This document shows, piece by piece, positions 35,801 through 47,358 of a DNA stretch of 64,000 nt (position 1 is the first letter of the stretch; each line of letters begins with the position of its first letter). The notes under the pieces were generated by a model, which was not told the DNA's origin, ran no database searches, and saw only the letters and a list, made by a program, of their open reading frames with translations. Origin of the DNA: Folioceros fuciformis (Eukaryota). The DNA is taken from positions 1 to 64,000 of the forward strand of contig JBNGIO010006113.1 of NCBI GenBank assembly GCA_049999805.1, read 5' to 3'. A program made the translations under genes and the position numbers.

Positions 35801-36413
35801 GACAGTTTGCAGTCATGCAGGTCTGGTGAACAAAGGACAGGAATACTTTGCGGCCATGACTAGATGCTATGACATCACTCCCGCACTAGAACACTACACG
35901 TGCATGGTAGATCTCCTAGGTCGTACGGGCCAACTGGATGATGCCCTTGCATTAGTGTGCACTATGCCTGATCGGCCTAATTCTGTGGTTTGGCACACTC
36001 TTCTAGGTGCTTGCCAAAAGTGGGGCAACCTGGAGATGGGACGGCATGCTTTTGAAGAAGCTGTGAAGCTAGACGAGCAAGATTCCGCAGCATTTGTATT
36101 GATGTCAAACATATACACAAGTGCTCAGATGGTGCAGCAGGCGGAGGAGCTGCAGGCCAGGAGAACTAAGATCAGGGCATTGAAGCAGCCAGGCCAAAGC
36201 TGGTGGGCAGACACAGAAGGATTTGTGCACAGTTTTGTAGTTTATCATTCCAAACAAGTAAGGCCGAGACAGGTCCTCCCCAATATGGCAAGTGAAGCAC
36301 TACCAGCAAGTATGTTGGACGGCATTGTGGGCAGGAAGAGCACTTTCGTGGTCAGCAGCAACAACTTTGCCATGGCGAACTTCTCACAAAACAACAGACG
36401 AGCGCAAATGTAA
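32886..36413 (+). CDS. PLS-class PPR protein with E1-E2 and a truncated WW-type DYW start, no deaminase core (start may be the ATG at 33117)
   Basis: Seven MYAKC-containing PLS units; P2-L2-S2 (CSHAGLV, EHYTCMVDLLGR); KQPGQSWWADTEGFVHSFVV; no HxE or CxxC follows. Confidence 0.9.
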   Translation: MCGTSGNRMVLLFALDDGSVRVASSWSAPWLSGELLQPASGGNERIFLTLRNQVFGCRFLFAHKQPASVDVRRAAPHMRVGGSASHRGLLVAAVLVSPAPPDDGRVTPDTVSKLCGEGNLAGAVEGLGLLVQTTECRVSKFLFYAVLKECVVSKDLAGGRRVHALAVMEGYHSDMFVANHILRMYASLGSLQEAMDVFTAVPQPDTFIWYSIISAHVKHGLNKQAIELYHRMRRLGMKPDGSHVFVAALQACARGSDLQAGQQVHADVVTSGVELDLFVCTCLVDMYAKCGSLEDARGVFDGLGRKNVVTWNAIIAGYSQHGRGQEALRLYRAMQDEGIVEPNAVTFLCLLQACTSVGTPALEYGKQLHAQIEALGHQADAFVASSLVNMYAKCGSLGEAYRVFNGLRTKDVVTWNAMIAGYSQQGMGQEALQLYRVMQDDGIVAPNAVTFVCLLQACASVGSPALRNGKQLHAQIRECGHEADVFVANSLVNMYAKCDNLEAAQRLFDDLSEKDVVTWTAMIAGYSQQGMGQEALHLYRAMQAEGIAVPDPVTFVCLVQACASVGSVALETGKQLHEQIKEHGHQADVFLASSLVNMYAKCGSLQDAQGLFEEIDEKTVVTWTAMISGYSQQGMGQEALRLYGAMQEEGITVPDSVTFVCLLRACAIVGTTALEKGRQLHAQIREQGLQTDVFVANSLVNMYAKCASLADARGVFDGLGHKDVVTWNAMIAAYSQQGMGQEALRLHTSMQQEGIVVPDSVTLVTLLQACTSVGTTSLEKGKQLHAQIREEGLETNVFVASSLVSMYAKCGSLDDAQSVFDGLGEKDVATWNAMIAGYSQQGMGQEALRLYGCMREGGMTLPDPLTFLCLLQACANVAALHLGRQLHAQIVEQGCQADTFVANSLVDMYAKCGSMVDAQQVFDALCRKDVLAWNALIAGYTCQGDGDLVFDLVHQMVEDGVMPDRVTFLCVLTVCSHAGLVNKGQEYFAAMTRCYDITPALEHYTCMVDLLGRTGQLDDALALVCTMPDRPNSVVWHTLLGACQKWGNLEMGRHAFEEAVKLDEQDSAAFVLMSNIYTSAQMVQQAEELQARRTKIRALKQPGQSWWADTEGFVHSFVVYHSKQVRPRQVLPNMASEALPASMLDGIVGRKSTFVVSSNNFAMANFSQNNRRAQM

Positions 36414-36940
36414 GTATTATCAAATGTATAATATTCCTCTGAAAAGAACTTGTCCGCGACCCCTTTTCTTATGGACGTTGTTCATCTTTGACCGGTTCAC
36501 CTGACCAAACTTTTGGCAACTTTTCCTTCTCTTTACTGTGACAAATTCTCCCGTTCTCTTCAATTCGAAGTATTGACGATGTTCCCCTTCTCACAATCCC
36601 ATCTTTTCTGGGTAGGGCTTAGGGTGTGCATTAGGGCGGGCGCCATCTCAATCCTGAATCTTAAACCCTAGAGCAGGGGCGCAGTCTGCGCTGCTGTTCC
36701 TCCTTGCCACCTTCATCCTCCTCCCATGCAAAAGTTTTGTGGATCTTCTGGGCCGAACTGCGGAACTTGATGAGGTACAAGCTTTAGTATCGTCAAAACC
36801 AGACTGCCTGCTGCTGCTGTTTGACATAACCTCATAGCACCTCGTGGAAAGTGGGGCACGGCATAGACTAGAGTCTACCTTCTGTTCGATTATCGCACGC
36901 AACAATTCTCAATGCAAGAACTGGACAATCTTCTTCACTC

Positions 36941-39900
36941 TCACGGCCGTCCATCGCAACTGCAGCAGATTGATGTACAAGGTAGCTATCCCTTACAAAA
37001 GCGCCCCTTTCAACCCTGGACTTCGTATCTGTGGCTGTCACCGCACATGCGTAGATCTTGGTTACCATTAAAGGTGTGCAACTCCGAGCGTTCAAGAGAC
37101 CAAACAGCAGAGCTAGCTTCTCTGAGCACGCCCGCAAAGCACATCTCTTCCTTTCTCTTCTCACCACATGGCTTCAACACCAACTTAGTGTCAGGCACAT
37201 GGCCCCCTTCCTGCTTCAGACGCGTACTCATACTCTCCGCCTTAAGCCGGGTTTCCCCCACCACAAATCTATGTACCTGCTGCTTCACCTCAATGGTCCA
37301 CACGGCAGGTTTCTTGTTGGCTCCAACTACCATTCTCTGCGCTTTAGTTTTCTCTACATCGTTGCACCTACCTGCATCTGCATGGGCATTGGCCATAAGC
37401 ACGTGTGGCGATGGACTGTGAGGTTCCAGTCTCACCAGACTTTCAAAGCAACCTGTCGCCTCTCTGCATCCCCGGCACTTGCAGGAACTCAGCAAAGACG
37501 TCCAACCCCACAATATTGATAGTAGCATATTCTCCGCCTCATCTAAATGGTCAGCACGACCAAGAAGATCAATCATGCAACTGTGACGCTCAATAGTAGG
37601 TCTCATGCCATGATCAGCCATGGAGTTGAAGTGCTTGAAGTCCTCATGCTCCGGCTCCTCATGACTGCATGCTGCCAAGAAGCCAGTAAAGGTAGTACCG
37701 GCGGCAAACATGTTTCGAAAACAAGCTCTTGCCTTGTGACCTTCATCACGAGTACAACACCCAGCCATCAATGCATCCCATTTTACCAAATTTTTGGTGG
37801 ACACGCTGTCAAAAATTTGGCGTGCACCTTCCAGCTGGCCACATTTTGCATATAAGTCCGCCAAGCAGGTTCCCAACACTACAACATCCAACAGTCCGCC
37901 ATCGACAATCTGAGAGCGCAGTTGCCTGCCCCTCTGTAAGGGACCCGTGGGTGCACAGGCCTTCAGAAGGCAAGCCAAAGCAACAAGGTCCGCAAAAACG
38001 AGGCCTTCTTGCTCCATTGGCCCACACAGAACAAGCGAGTCTTGGCTGAGTCCTTGTTCTACATATCCAACTATCAGGACGTTCCATGTCACCACATCCT
38101 TTGTGTCCATACTGTCAAAACCTGGCATGCATCGTCCAGTTGACCACATTTTGCATGAGGTCCACCAGGCAGTTGCCTAACCCTACATTATCGAGCAGTC
38201 CCCTTCCCACAATCTGTGAGTGCAGCTGCATGCCCTGCCATAAGGCACCCGTGCTTGCACAGGGTTTCAGAAGGAAGCAAACGTAACATGGTCAGCCAAA
38301 ACTAGGCCATCTTACTCCATTTGCTCATACAGCAGAAGCGCAACCTGGGCCGAGCCCTTGCTTTGCATAACCAGATAACACTGCATTCCATGTCACCACA
38401 TCCTTCGTGGGCAAGCGCTCAAATACTTCTCGGGCACATCCCCAGTCACCAAATTTCGCACACATGTCCACTAGGCAGTTACCAACCAGTAAGCTATCTA
38501 GCAGCCCTCGTTCAACGAGCTGTGAGTGCAGATGCCTGTCCTTCTGTAAAGCACCTGTGACTGCACAGGCTTTCAGAAGGCAAGCAAAAGTAAAATGGTC
38601 AGCCACAATTAGACCCTCCTGCTCCATCCGTTCATACACAACAAGGGCCTCTTGGCCGAGCCCTTGCTGTGCATACTCACCAATGATTGTCGTCCATGTC
38701 ACCACGTCCTTGTGGTCAATATTTCTAAAACCCCTCGTGCACATTCCAGTTCACCACACTTTGCATACATGTCTACCAGACAGTTGCCTAAGAGTGTCAT
38801 CGAGCTGCCCTCGTTTCACAATCTGTGAGTGCAGGTGCCCTCCCTTCTGTAAGGCACCAGGACTCGCACAGGTTTTGAGAAGGCAAGCAAAAGTAACTCG
38901 GTCACCCACAACCAGGCCCTCCTGCTCCATTCGCTCGAAAACAAGAAGCGCCTCTTGCCCGAGCCCTTGCTGTACGTACCCACCAATCAGCGCAGTCCAT
39001 GTTACCACATCCTTTGTGGCTAAGCTTTCAAAAACCTGGCGTGCATCTCCCAGTGCTTTACACTTCACATACATCTCAACAAGGCAGTTTCCGATGAACA
39101 AGTCAGGAGGAATGCCACTATCCAGGAAATCTCCGTGCACTTCCCTTCCTGATTCCAAGCCGGCAGCAAATGCACAAGCTTGAAGGGCAGCTACAAAGAT
39201 GTGGCCATCCGCCTTCACTCCTGATCTTCGCATTTCATGGTCCAGTTGTATGGCCTCGTTAGGCCTCCCCTGTTTAGCATGTGAAGAGATTACGGAAACC
39301 AGCATGAAGACATAAGGTGTCCCTGGTGGACACATCCATGGCCGCCTGCAGCCTACCTCCAGATACATACATGCGCAAGATATGACCCCAAATATGGATC
39401 CGACTCGTAGCCAAGTTCGACAACAAGGTCATGAACTCGTTGCCCCATAACCAGATCCTTCTTCGGTGTACACATTTTGGTACAGCATAAAGGAGAGACT
39501 GAGAAACGGCGGAGTCTGTCACAAAATCTCTGTTTTCTCCCACCACAAGCTTTCAGGAGGCAAGCAAAAATAACACGATCAGCCAAAATGAGGCCCTCTT
39601 TCTCCATTACCCATACAAGTCAAGTGCCTCTCCAGCGCGTCCGTGCCGTACACACCCATCAATCAGGGCCGTCCAGGTCACCACATCCTTTGCGGCCAAG
39701 TTGTCAAAGGCCTGGCGTGCGTCTTCCAATTCGCCACATTTGGCATACATGTCAATCAGGCAGTTTCCCACAAACAAGTATGGAGGAATGCCACCCTGCA
39801 AAACATCAGTGTACTTGCCTGCCAGATTCCAGGTCGACGGCAAATGCACAAGCCTGAAGGGCAGCTGCAAAGACATGACAATCCGCCTTCACCCCTGACT

Positions 39901-40760
39901 TCCGCATCTCATGATACAGTTCTATGGCCTCATTACGTTTGCCTTGCTTGGCGTAGGCGGAGATTATGGAAAACCACATGAAGACATTTGGTTTGTCCAC
40001 CCTGATGAACACATCCATGGCCTCCTGCAGCCTACCTCCATATGCATACATGCGCAAGATCTGGTTCCCCAAATACGTATCCGACTCGTACCCAAGTTTG
40101 ACAGCGAGATCATGAACTCTTCCCAGCAACCAGATCCTTCTTAGCTGCACACAGTTTGAGCACATTGAAAAACAGAGACTGAGAAATGGCAGGCTCTTTC
40201 TCCGCCAGAGACTCCAGGGATCCAACGGCTTCAGAGACCTTCTCCTGCTGACACAGCGTGGTCACGGCCACAGCAGATCCGAGGACCATTTCCGATCCTG
40301 CATGCCTACCAGGTCCAGGCCTATCCGGAGAGCTGGACTTGTAAGGAGAGGGATCATGACTCATCCGCACATCTAACTCCACGAGATGCTCGTCAACCCA
40401 AGCTGGCTGGCTTGAGTACGCTGTTTAACCACAGGACCTCCCTGGACCCCTTACGCCGGAAGTCAGGCGAGCGGGGAGAATTGTTTGAATCCAGGAAGAA
40501 TTGTTGCCACAATTGCTCTTGCTCCTGGCGACGATCATCACTAGAAAACGCGTCCCCGCCCAGGCATTTTTCAGGAGGCGAAAGTGCTGGGCTCTCCACT
40601 CTGGTGCACCTGGAGACCTGGTTGTTCGACAGAGGAGGGCTCCCTAAGGTGAGGCGATCGGGAGCTCTTGGTAGAATCTCTGCACACCCACCGCCTTTCT
40701 GGGTCCACAAAGGATCCGCTTGCCCTGGAATGAGCATGTTGCAGGGACCGCTGTCGAGAG
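36941..40760 (-). pseudogene. Decayed PDF-PLS-PPR-DYW:KP(GRP) pseudogene with an internally duplicated N-terminal PPR block
   Basis: Fragments LWQQFFLDS...PDFRRKGSREVLWLNS and KKPAVWTIEV; CSCDGRP* ends at 36941; many frameshifts; a second KKDLVMGQRVHDL start near 39500. Confidence 0.9.
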
Positions 40761-41049
40761 ACGAGGAGCACAGCAAACTACAGCAGGTTGGCGATGGCCG
40801 GGTATGGTGCATTGCCCACCCGTGTGCAGCCTGCACAACACAGGTGAAAGGAGAGCCAGCTTGGAGCCCACCCACAACATCGAGGTTGAGCACATTGACT
40901 TGGAGTGGCTCAGTTCATGCGCCTGCAACGCATTGACAGGGTGCTTAGGGCCCAGTTACGTGTATACAACTAAGAGCTAAGGGGCCTCCATTTGACCTTG
41001 CTTGCATCAGGGCTGGCCAGACTTGCTTACAATTTTTAGCTTGCCAACT

Positions 41050-42300
41050 AGGGAGAGTGCTATCATCAGGTTGATCACCAGAAGCAATCATCTCTTCGAA
41101 ACAAGCTACTGCTCTGTGACCTTTATCACCAGTACCATAACCAGCGAGCTATAAGGGCATTCCGTGTCACCACATTCTTTGAAGCCAAAGATGTCAAGAA
41201 CCTGGCGCGCAACTTCCACTTCGCCACATTTTGCATACATGTCCACCAGGAATGCTCCCAGCACCACGTTGTCCAGCAATCTGCTTTCAACATTCGGCAA
41301 GTGAGCTGCCTGCCCTTCTGTAAGGCTCCAATGCTACCACAGGCCTTCAGAGGGCAAGCAAAAGTAACATGGTTAGCCATCATCAGGCCATCTTGCTCCA
41401 TCTCTCCATACAGAAGAAGCGAACCTCTTAGCCAAGCCCTCGGTGAGCGTACCCTGCTCACAGTGAATTCCATGTCACCGCATCCTTTGTGGCCAAGATG
41501 TCAATAACCTGGCGTGCATCATCCAGCTCGCCACAATTTGCATTTTCGCCACATTCATGCTTCGCAAAAGCAGAGATTATGGAGAACCACATGAAGGCAT
41601 CTGGTTTGGCTACCCTCGTGAACACATTTATGGCCTCTCGCCGCCTACCTACAGATGCATACATGCGCAAGATATGATCTCCCAAGTATGCATCCGCCTC
41701 GTACCCAAGTTGGACAGCGAGATCATGAACTCGTCGCCCCATAACTAGGTCTTTCTTAGCTGCACACAGCTTCAGCACCGTGCAAAACAGAGAGTGGGAA
41801 ACATGAGAGTCTGTCTGCACCATAGAATCCAGTCCTCGAACGGCCTCAAAAAGCTTCCCCTGCTGACACAACGTGCGCACGGCTGCGGGCGTTACGACTG
41901 ATCCTGCAAGCTTGCGAGGTTGAGGGTCATCTGGAGAGCTCGGCTTGGAAAAAGATGTACCGTGACCCATCTCCAAATCTAACGACACGAGTTGCTCATC
42001 AAACCCAAGCTGTTAAACCACAGGGCCTCGTTGGATCCCTTACGACGGAAGTCAAGCGCACGAGAGCTCTTCTTATCTCGCCTGTTGTCCCAGCATATGG
42101 TAGGCTGCAAGTTCTCGCTGCACACTCCGTCTCGACCCACAAATTTGCTGGGCGTTGGGAGTGCAGGGCTCCTTACACTGCTACACCTGGAGGACTTAAT
42201 GCTTGCCAGTACGTGACAGCTTGAGGCGACATAGGAGGGGGCTCCCCGTAGAATCCCTGCTGGAGACAGACCTTTCTGTTGGGTCCACGACGGGTCCGAT
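41050..42300 (-). pseudogene. Internally deleted paralogue of the PDF-PPR family
   Basis: CWDNRRDKKSSRALDFRRKGSNEALWFNS remnant, LCQQGKLFEAV, PPR fragments; no DYW remnant seen. Confidence 0.85.
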
Positions 42301-42846
42301 TCTCATCGTCCACGAATCTCTGATGGACGATGAGTGCAAATACTGTACCCAGCAAAGTGCCTCGAGTTGGGGACAGAACGTCATCGCCACCTCAGGATGT
42401 AAAACGAATCTCGCTCAGATGTGTAGGGACCCACATTCTGTTCTAGCAGCTTTATTGCATACATGTATGTACTGTACATAGGGATGTCCTACGCTAAGGG
42501 CATAGCATCGCTACGGATGAGCGCCCCTGCGAGTACATGGTACGTGCATAGAGGGAGGACACGGTAAGAAACCTTGAGGCTCGCTAACGGTGAGCCTTGA
42601 TGGGCTTGTCGTCAAGTGTACAGTTCAGATCTCAAATGTTTGAGCGTGTCGGATACATGGCATCCTGGGTGCACCAGTGTGTCCACCTATCTGGCAACCA
42701 TATGAAACTGCATTCGAAATGCTTTGTTACTGTGTCTCAGGTGCTCAACGAAACACCGTCCGCACTACCCTTCAGGGTGGTGTGGTCATGCTCTGCACCT
42801 GGGCATCCTGTCACAGTTTGTTGTTAACCTCATCTGTGCTTGATCG

Positions 42847-45800
42847 ATGGCCACTATACGGCAACCGGACCCGTTGTGGACCCAACAAATTGATGTTTGC
42901 ACAGGGATTCTGCCAGGAGCTCCCGCTCGCCTCACCTTAGGGAGTCAACCTCTAGAACGAACCTGCAGGTGCAGCAGTTTGAGGAGCCCAGCACACTCGG
43001 CTCCCAGTAAATCTATGGATGGGGACCGATTTTGCAGCGACTGTCGTCGCCGCGAGCAGGAGCACTTATGGCAACATTTTTTCCTGGATCCTGCCTTGTG
43101 GTGGGACAACAGACGACATAAGAAGTGTTCCCGTTCCCCAGACTTCCGGCGTAAGGGGTCCAGCGAGGTCCTGTGGTTAAACAGCATGCTGACGCCAGCT
43201 TGGGTTGATGAGCAGCTTGTTGCTTTGGATGTACAGATGGGTCACGGTGGCTCTCGTTCCAAGTCAAGCTCTGCAGATAGTCCTCAACCTCGCAGGCGTC
43301 TAGGATCGGAAATGGGCGTCGTAACGCCTGTAACTGTGCGGATGTTGTGTCAGCAGGGGAAGCTTTCTGAGGCCGTTGGAGCCCTGGAATCTCTGGCGCA
43401 GACAGATTCTCCTATCTCTCAGTCTCTGTTTTTTGTAGTGCTTAAGTTGTGTGCAACAAAGAAGGACCTAGTTGTGGGGCGACGAGTTCATGACCTCACA
43501 GTCAAACTTGGGTACGACTCGAATGCATACTTGGGGAATCATATATTGCGTATGTATGCATCACTAGGTAGGCTGCAAGAGGCCATGGATGTGTTCACTA
43601 GGGTGGGCAAACCAGATGCCTTCATGTGGTTCTCCATAATCTCCGCATACACCAAGCATGGGAGACCTGCAGAGGCTGTACAACTTTACCAGGAGATGCA
43701 TAGGTCAGGAGTGAAGGCAGATGCCCACGTCTTCGTAGCTGCCCTCCAAGCATGTGCATTTACCGCTGACTTGGAGTCTGGCAGGAAAGTGCACTTTGAT
43801 GTGTTGCAGAGTGGCATTCCTCCTGATGTGTTTGTTGGAAATTGCCTGGTTGACATGTATGCAAAATGTGGCGAATTGGAAGCTGCACGTCTGGCCTTTG
43901 ACAGCTTGGCGACAAAGGATGTCGTGACATGGACGGCCCTGATTGCTGGGTACACACAGCAAGGGCTCGGCCATGAGGCTCTTGGTTTGTATGGACAAAT
44001 GGAGCAAGAGGGCCTCATTTTGGCTGACCGGGTTACTTTTGCCTGCCTTTTGAATGCCTGTGGAAGTACTGGTGCCTTGCAGAAGGGCATGCAACTACAC
44101 TCACAGATTGTGGAAAGAGGACTGCTGAATGATCTACTGGTGGGCAACTCGCTGGTGGACATGTATGCAAAATGTGGTGAACTGGAAGGTGCACGCCAGG
44201 TTTTTGACAGGTTGGCGACAAAAGATGTGGTGACATGGACGGCGCTGATTGGTGGGTATGCTCGGCAAGGTCTGGGACAGGAGGCACTTGCTGTGTATGG
44301 ACAAATGGAGGAGGAGGGCCTGATCGTGGCTAACCATGTAACTTTCTCTTGCCTTCTGAAGGCCTGTGCCAGCGCTGGTGCATTACAGATGGGCAGGCAC
44401 CTGCACTCCCAGATTGTTGAAAGAGGGCAGCTTGAAAACATATTGATGGGCAACTGCCTGGTAGACATGTATGCAAAATGTGGTGAACTGGAACATGCAC
44501 GCCATGTTTTTGACATGTTGGCGGCGAAGGATGTGGTGACGTGGAATGCACTACTAGCTGGTTATGCACAGCAAGGACTGGGCCAAGAGGCGCTTGCTCT
44601 ATATGGGCAAATGGAGCAAGAGGGTCTCATTTTGGCTGACCGCGTTACTTTTGGTTGCCTTCTCAAGGCCTGCGCAAGCACGGGTGCTTTACAGACGGGA
44701 AGGCAGCTACACTCGCTTATTGTGGAACGTGGGCATCTCGACGTATGGTTAGGGAACTGCTTGGTGGACATGTACGCAAAATGTGGCGAACTAAGAGATG
44801 CACGCCAGGTTTTTGACAGCTTGGCTTCGAAGGACGTGGTAACATGGAATGCCCTAATAGCTGGACATGCGCAGCAAGGATGTGGCCAGGAGGCGCTCGT
44901 TCTGTATGGACAAATGGAACAAGATGGCCTCATTTTGGCGGACGATGTAACTTTTGCTTGCCTTCTGAAGGCCTGTGCAAGCACTGGTGCCCTACAGACT
45001 GGCCGCCAGCTGCACTCTCGGATCGTGGAAAGAGGACTGCTGGATAAGGTAGTGTTGGGCAACGGCCTCGTGGACATGTATGCAAAATGTGGCAAACTAG
45101 ATGTTGCACGCCAGGTCTTTGACAGCTTGGCCACAAAGAATGTGGTCACATGGAATGCTCTGATAGCTGGATGTGGTGCTTGTGATGAAGGTCACAACGC
45201 AGTAGCTTGTTTTGAGGAGATGTTAGGTAGTGGCGTCCAGCCTGATGATACAACTTTTACTTGCCTTTTGGCAGCGTGCAGTCATCAGGGGCTGGTGCAT
45301 GAGGGTCGCAAGTACTTTAATTCCATGGCAGAAAAGCATGGCATCAAACCTTGTATCGAGCATTACACTTGTATGATCGATCTTCTTGGTCGTGCCGGCG
45401 AATTAGATGAGGCCGAGGACATGCTATTGTCATGTGATGACCGAAGCAATGTTGTGGGGTTGACATCCTTGCTAAATGCCTGCAAGACTCATGGGGATAT
45501 AGAAAGGGCGACGCGTTGTTTTGAAAGTCTGGTTAGACTGGAGCCTCAGAGTGCATCGCCTTACGTGCTGATGGCAAATGCGTATGCAGATGCGGGTAGG
45601 TGGAGCGATGCAGAGAGCATTGAAAGGCAGAGGATGGTGGCAGGAGCCAACAAGAAACCTGCGGTGGCGAGCATTGAGGTGAATAAGCAGGTACATTCAT
45701 TTGTGGTGGGGGAAAGCAGAGATGATCTCGTGCTGAAGACGGAGAGCATGAGTGCGCGTCTGAAGCAGGAAGGGGGCCACGTACCTCACACAAAGTTGGT

Positions 45801-46056
45801 GCTTAAGCCACTGGGCGAGAAGGAAAAGGAAGATGCACTTTGCGGGCACGCTGAGAAGCTGGCTCTAGCGTTTGGTCTGTTGAACACTCCCAGTGGCTCA
45901 CCTCTGGTGGTAACCAAGAATCTACGCATGTGCAGTGACTGCCACAGTTCGACTGAGATCATGTCAAGGGTTGAAAAGAGAGACATTGTCGTAAGGGATG
46001 GGTACCGTGTGCATCGATTCGCTGCTGGTGGCTGCAGTTGTAATGGTAGACCATGA
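42847..46056 (+). CDS. PDF-motif + PLS-PPR + E1/E2 + DYW:KP (GRP-type) protein, candidate U-to-C editing factor
   Basis: PDF motif 43066-43218; five MYAKCG units; KKPAVASIEV, HAEKLALAFG, CSDCH, CSCNGRP*. Confidence 0.95.
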   Translation: MATIRQPDPLWTQQIDVCTGILPGAPARLTLGSQPLERTCRCSSLRSPAHSAPSKSMDGDRFCSDCRRREQEHLWQHFFLDPALWWDNRRHKKCSRSPDFRRKGSSEVLWLNSMLTPAWVDEQLVALDVQMGHGGSRSKSSSADSPQPRRRLGSEMGVVTPVTVRMLCQQGKLSEAVGALESLAQTDSPISQSLFFVVLKLCATKKDLVVGRRVHDLTVKLGYDSNAYLGNHILRMYASLGRLQEAMDVFTRVGKPDAFMWFSIISAYTKHGRPAEAVQLYQEMHRSGVKADAHVFVAALQACAFTADLESGRKVHFDVLQSGIPPDVFVGNCLVDMYAKCGELEAARLAFDSLATKDVVTWTALIAGYTQQGLGHEALGLYGQMEQEGLILADRVTFACLLNACGSTGALQKGMQLHSQIVERGLLNDLLVGNSLVDMYAKCGELEGARQVFDRLATKDVVTWTALIGGYARQGLGQEALAVYGQMEEEGLIVANHVTFSCLLKACASAGALQMGRHLHSQIVERGQLENILMGNCLVDMYAKCGELEHARHVFDMLAAKDVVTWNALLAGYAQQGLGQEALALYGQMEQEGLILADRVTFGCLLKACASTGALQTGRQLHSLIVERGHLDVWLGNCLVDMYAKCGELRDARQVFDSLASKDVVTWNALIAGHAQQGCGQEALVLYGQMEQDGLILADDVTFACLLKACASTGALQTGRQLHSRIVERGLLDKVVLGNGLVDMYAKCGKLDVARQVFDSLATKNVVTWNALIAGCGACDEGHNAVACFEEMLGSGVQPDDTTFTCLLAACSHQGLVHEGRKYFNSMAEKHGIKPCIEHYTCMIDLLGRAGELDEAEDMLLSCDDRSNVVGLTSLLNACKTHGDIERATRCFESLVRLEPQSASPYVLMANAYADAGRWSDAESIERQRMVAGANKKPAVASIEVNKQVHSFVVGESRDDLVLKTESMSARLKQEGGHVPHTKLVLKPLGEKEKEDALCGHAEKLALAFGLLNTPSGSPLVVTKNLRMCSDCHSSTEIMSRVEKRDIVVRDGYRVHRFAAGGCSCNGRP

Positions 46057-47358
46057 GATTGAAGAATTGGCAAGTGCGCCGAAGGTGGACTGCTTGTTGC
46101 GTGGGGGAATCGGAAGTTGTTCCTAGAGGAGTAGACACAGGGACTGCGCTATCCCGCTTCGTACAAGCAGTCAGCAGGGTCTGCCAAATTGCAACACCAG
46201 GCAATTTGGCGTGCATCTGTGTAAGGCCAGTGCCTCACCAGGTCTAATGCTGGCCGAAAAGATCCATTCTGCAGGTTCAGCTGTCTTGCCTGTAAGGGAT
46301 GCAATGTTGTCAGCTCACACCCTAAGTGTCGGCCCCTATCTCATCAGATCTTGCACATGACTGGAGATTATCAGCATGCTAAGCGATGTGGCGCCAGTTG
46401 CCGGATCAGGGCAACTAACCATCCTCCTGACTTCCCGTCAGATGCGCCCCGACATTCTATACAGGTTCATCAAGCTACGGGCGGCATACATATCACCTCC
46501 AACCCCTTTTTCCTCAAGTCTCTGCTTATAACTACTCGAGGCGGCCTTGCTCTGTCACGCCTGAAGCAGTAAGCATACCGATACTCATTGCCTGCAGGTG
46601 CACGTCATGGAATTCGGCTCGGCAGCCCTCTTCCCCTGTGCAGCACTATGTAGACAAGTATGTTTTGAAAGAATTCTCTGCTGTAGGGACTGGATCCGCA
46701 CTCATAGCGAGGAACAGAAATGACTTGCACACTGCAAGTTAAAAATTCCGCTGAGTATTCTTCTGTAAACAAACGCTTCGTTCGAAGCGGTGGCGTCCAG
46801 ATAGTTGCAGCCATGTTCTACCCTTCAACAAAACCTATTTGAACTCCTGAATGTTGAACTACCTGTAGTCCGTCGCCTTGCCCTTGAGGGCAGAGACAGC
46901 AAAAAGCGAATTTCAGGTCTTACGCTGCCTGCCTATTGCTGTTCAAATGTAAACGAGCGGAACGAAATCCTGCAGAGTAAGCAGTTCGCCGAGGACGGAT
47001 GGATAGGTGAGGAACAGGATCCATCACCTGTTCTCCTTAGGGCTGAAATCTCCAAGTAGTCTTGTACAAAAGAGAGGCCAAGCCAATTCCCTTACCGTGG
47101 AAGGAGTATCTGCTACCCATTCCAGTTCCCTGAACTATCGGAGAGGGCCTGCAACAGGCAGAAGCAGCAAGTGCTCAGTTCGCAGGAGACTCGAGAGCAG
47201 AAGCAGAAACCTATTCACGTTGACAGAGTTGTACCTTTGGAACCTCCTGAACTCTAAATGCTTATCCGACAATTACGCAAGGAGAAGGAGCGGAGAGATA
47301 GACCAAGGACGACACCAAACCCTTTTCTTGCATCTCAACAACGTTGGCACGGGAGGGT

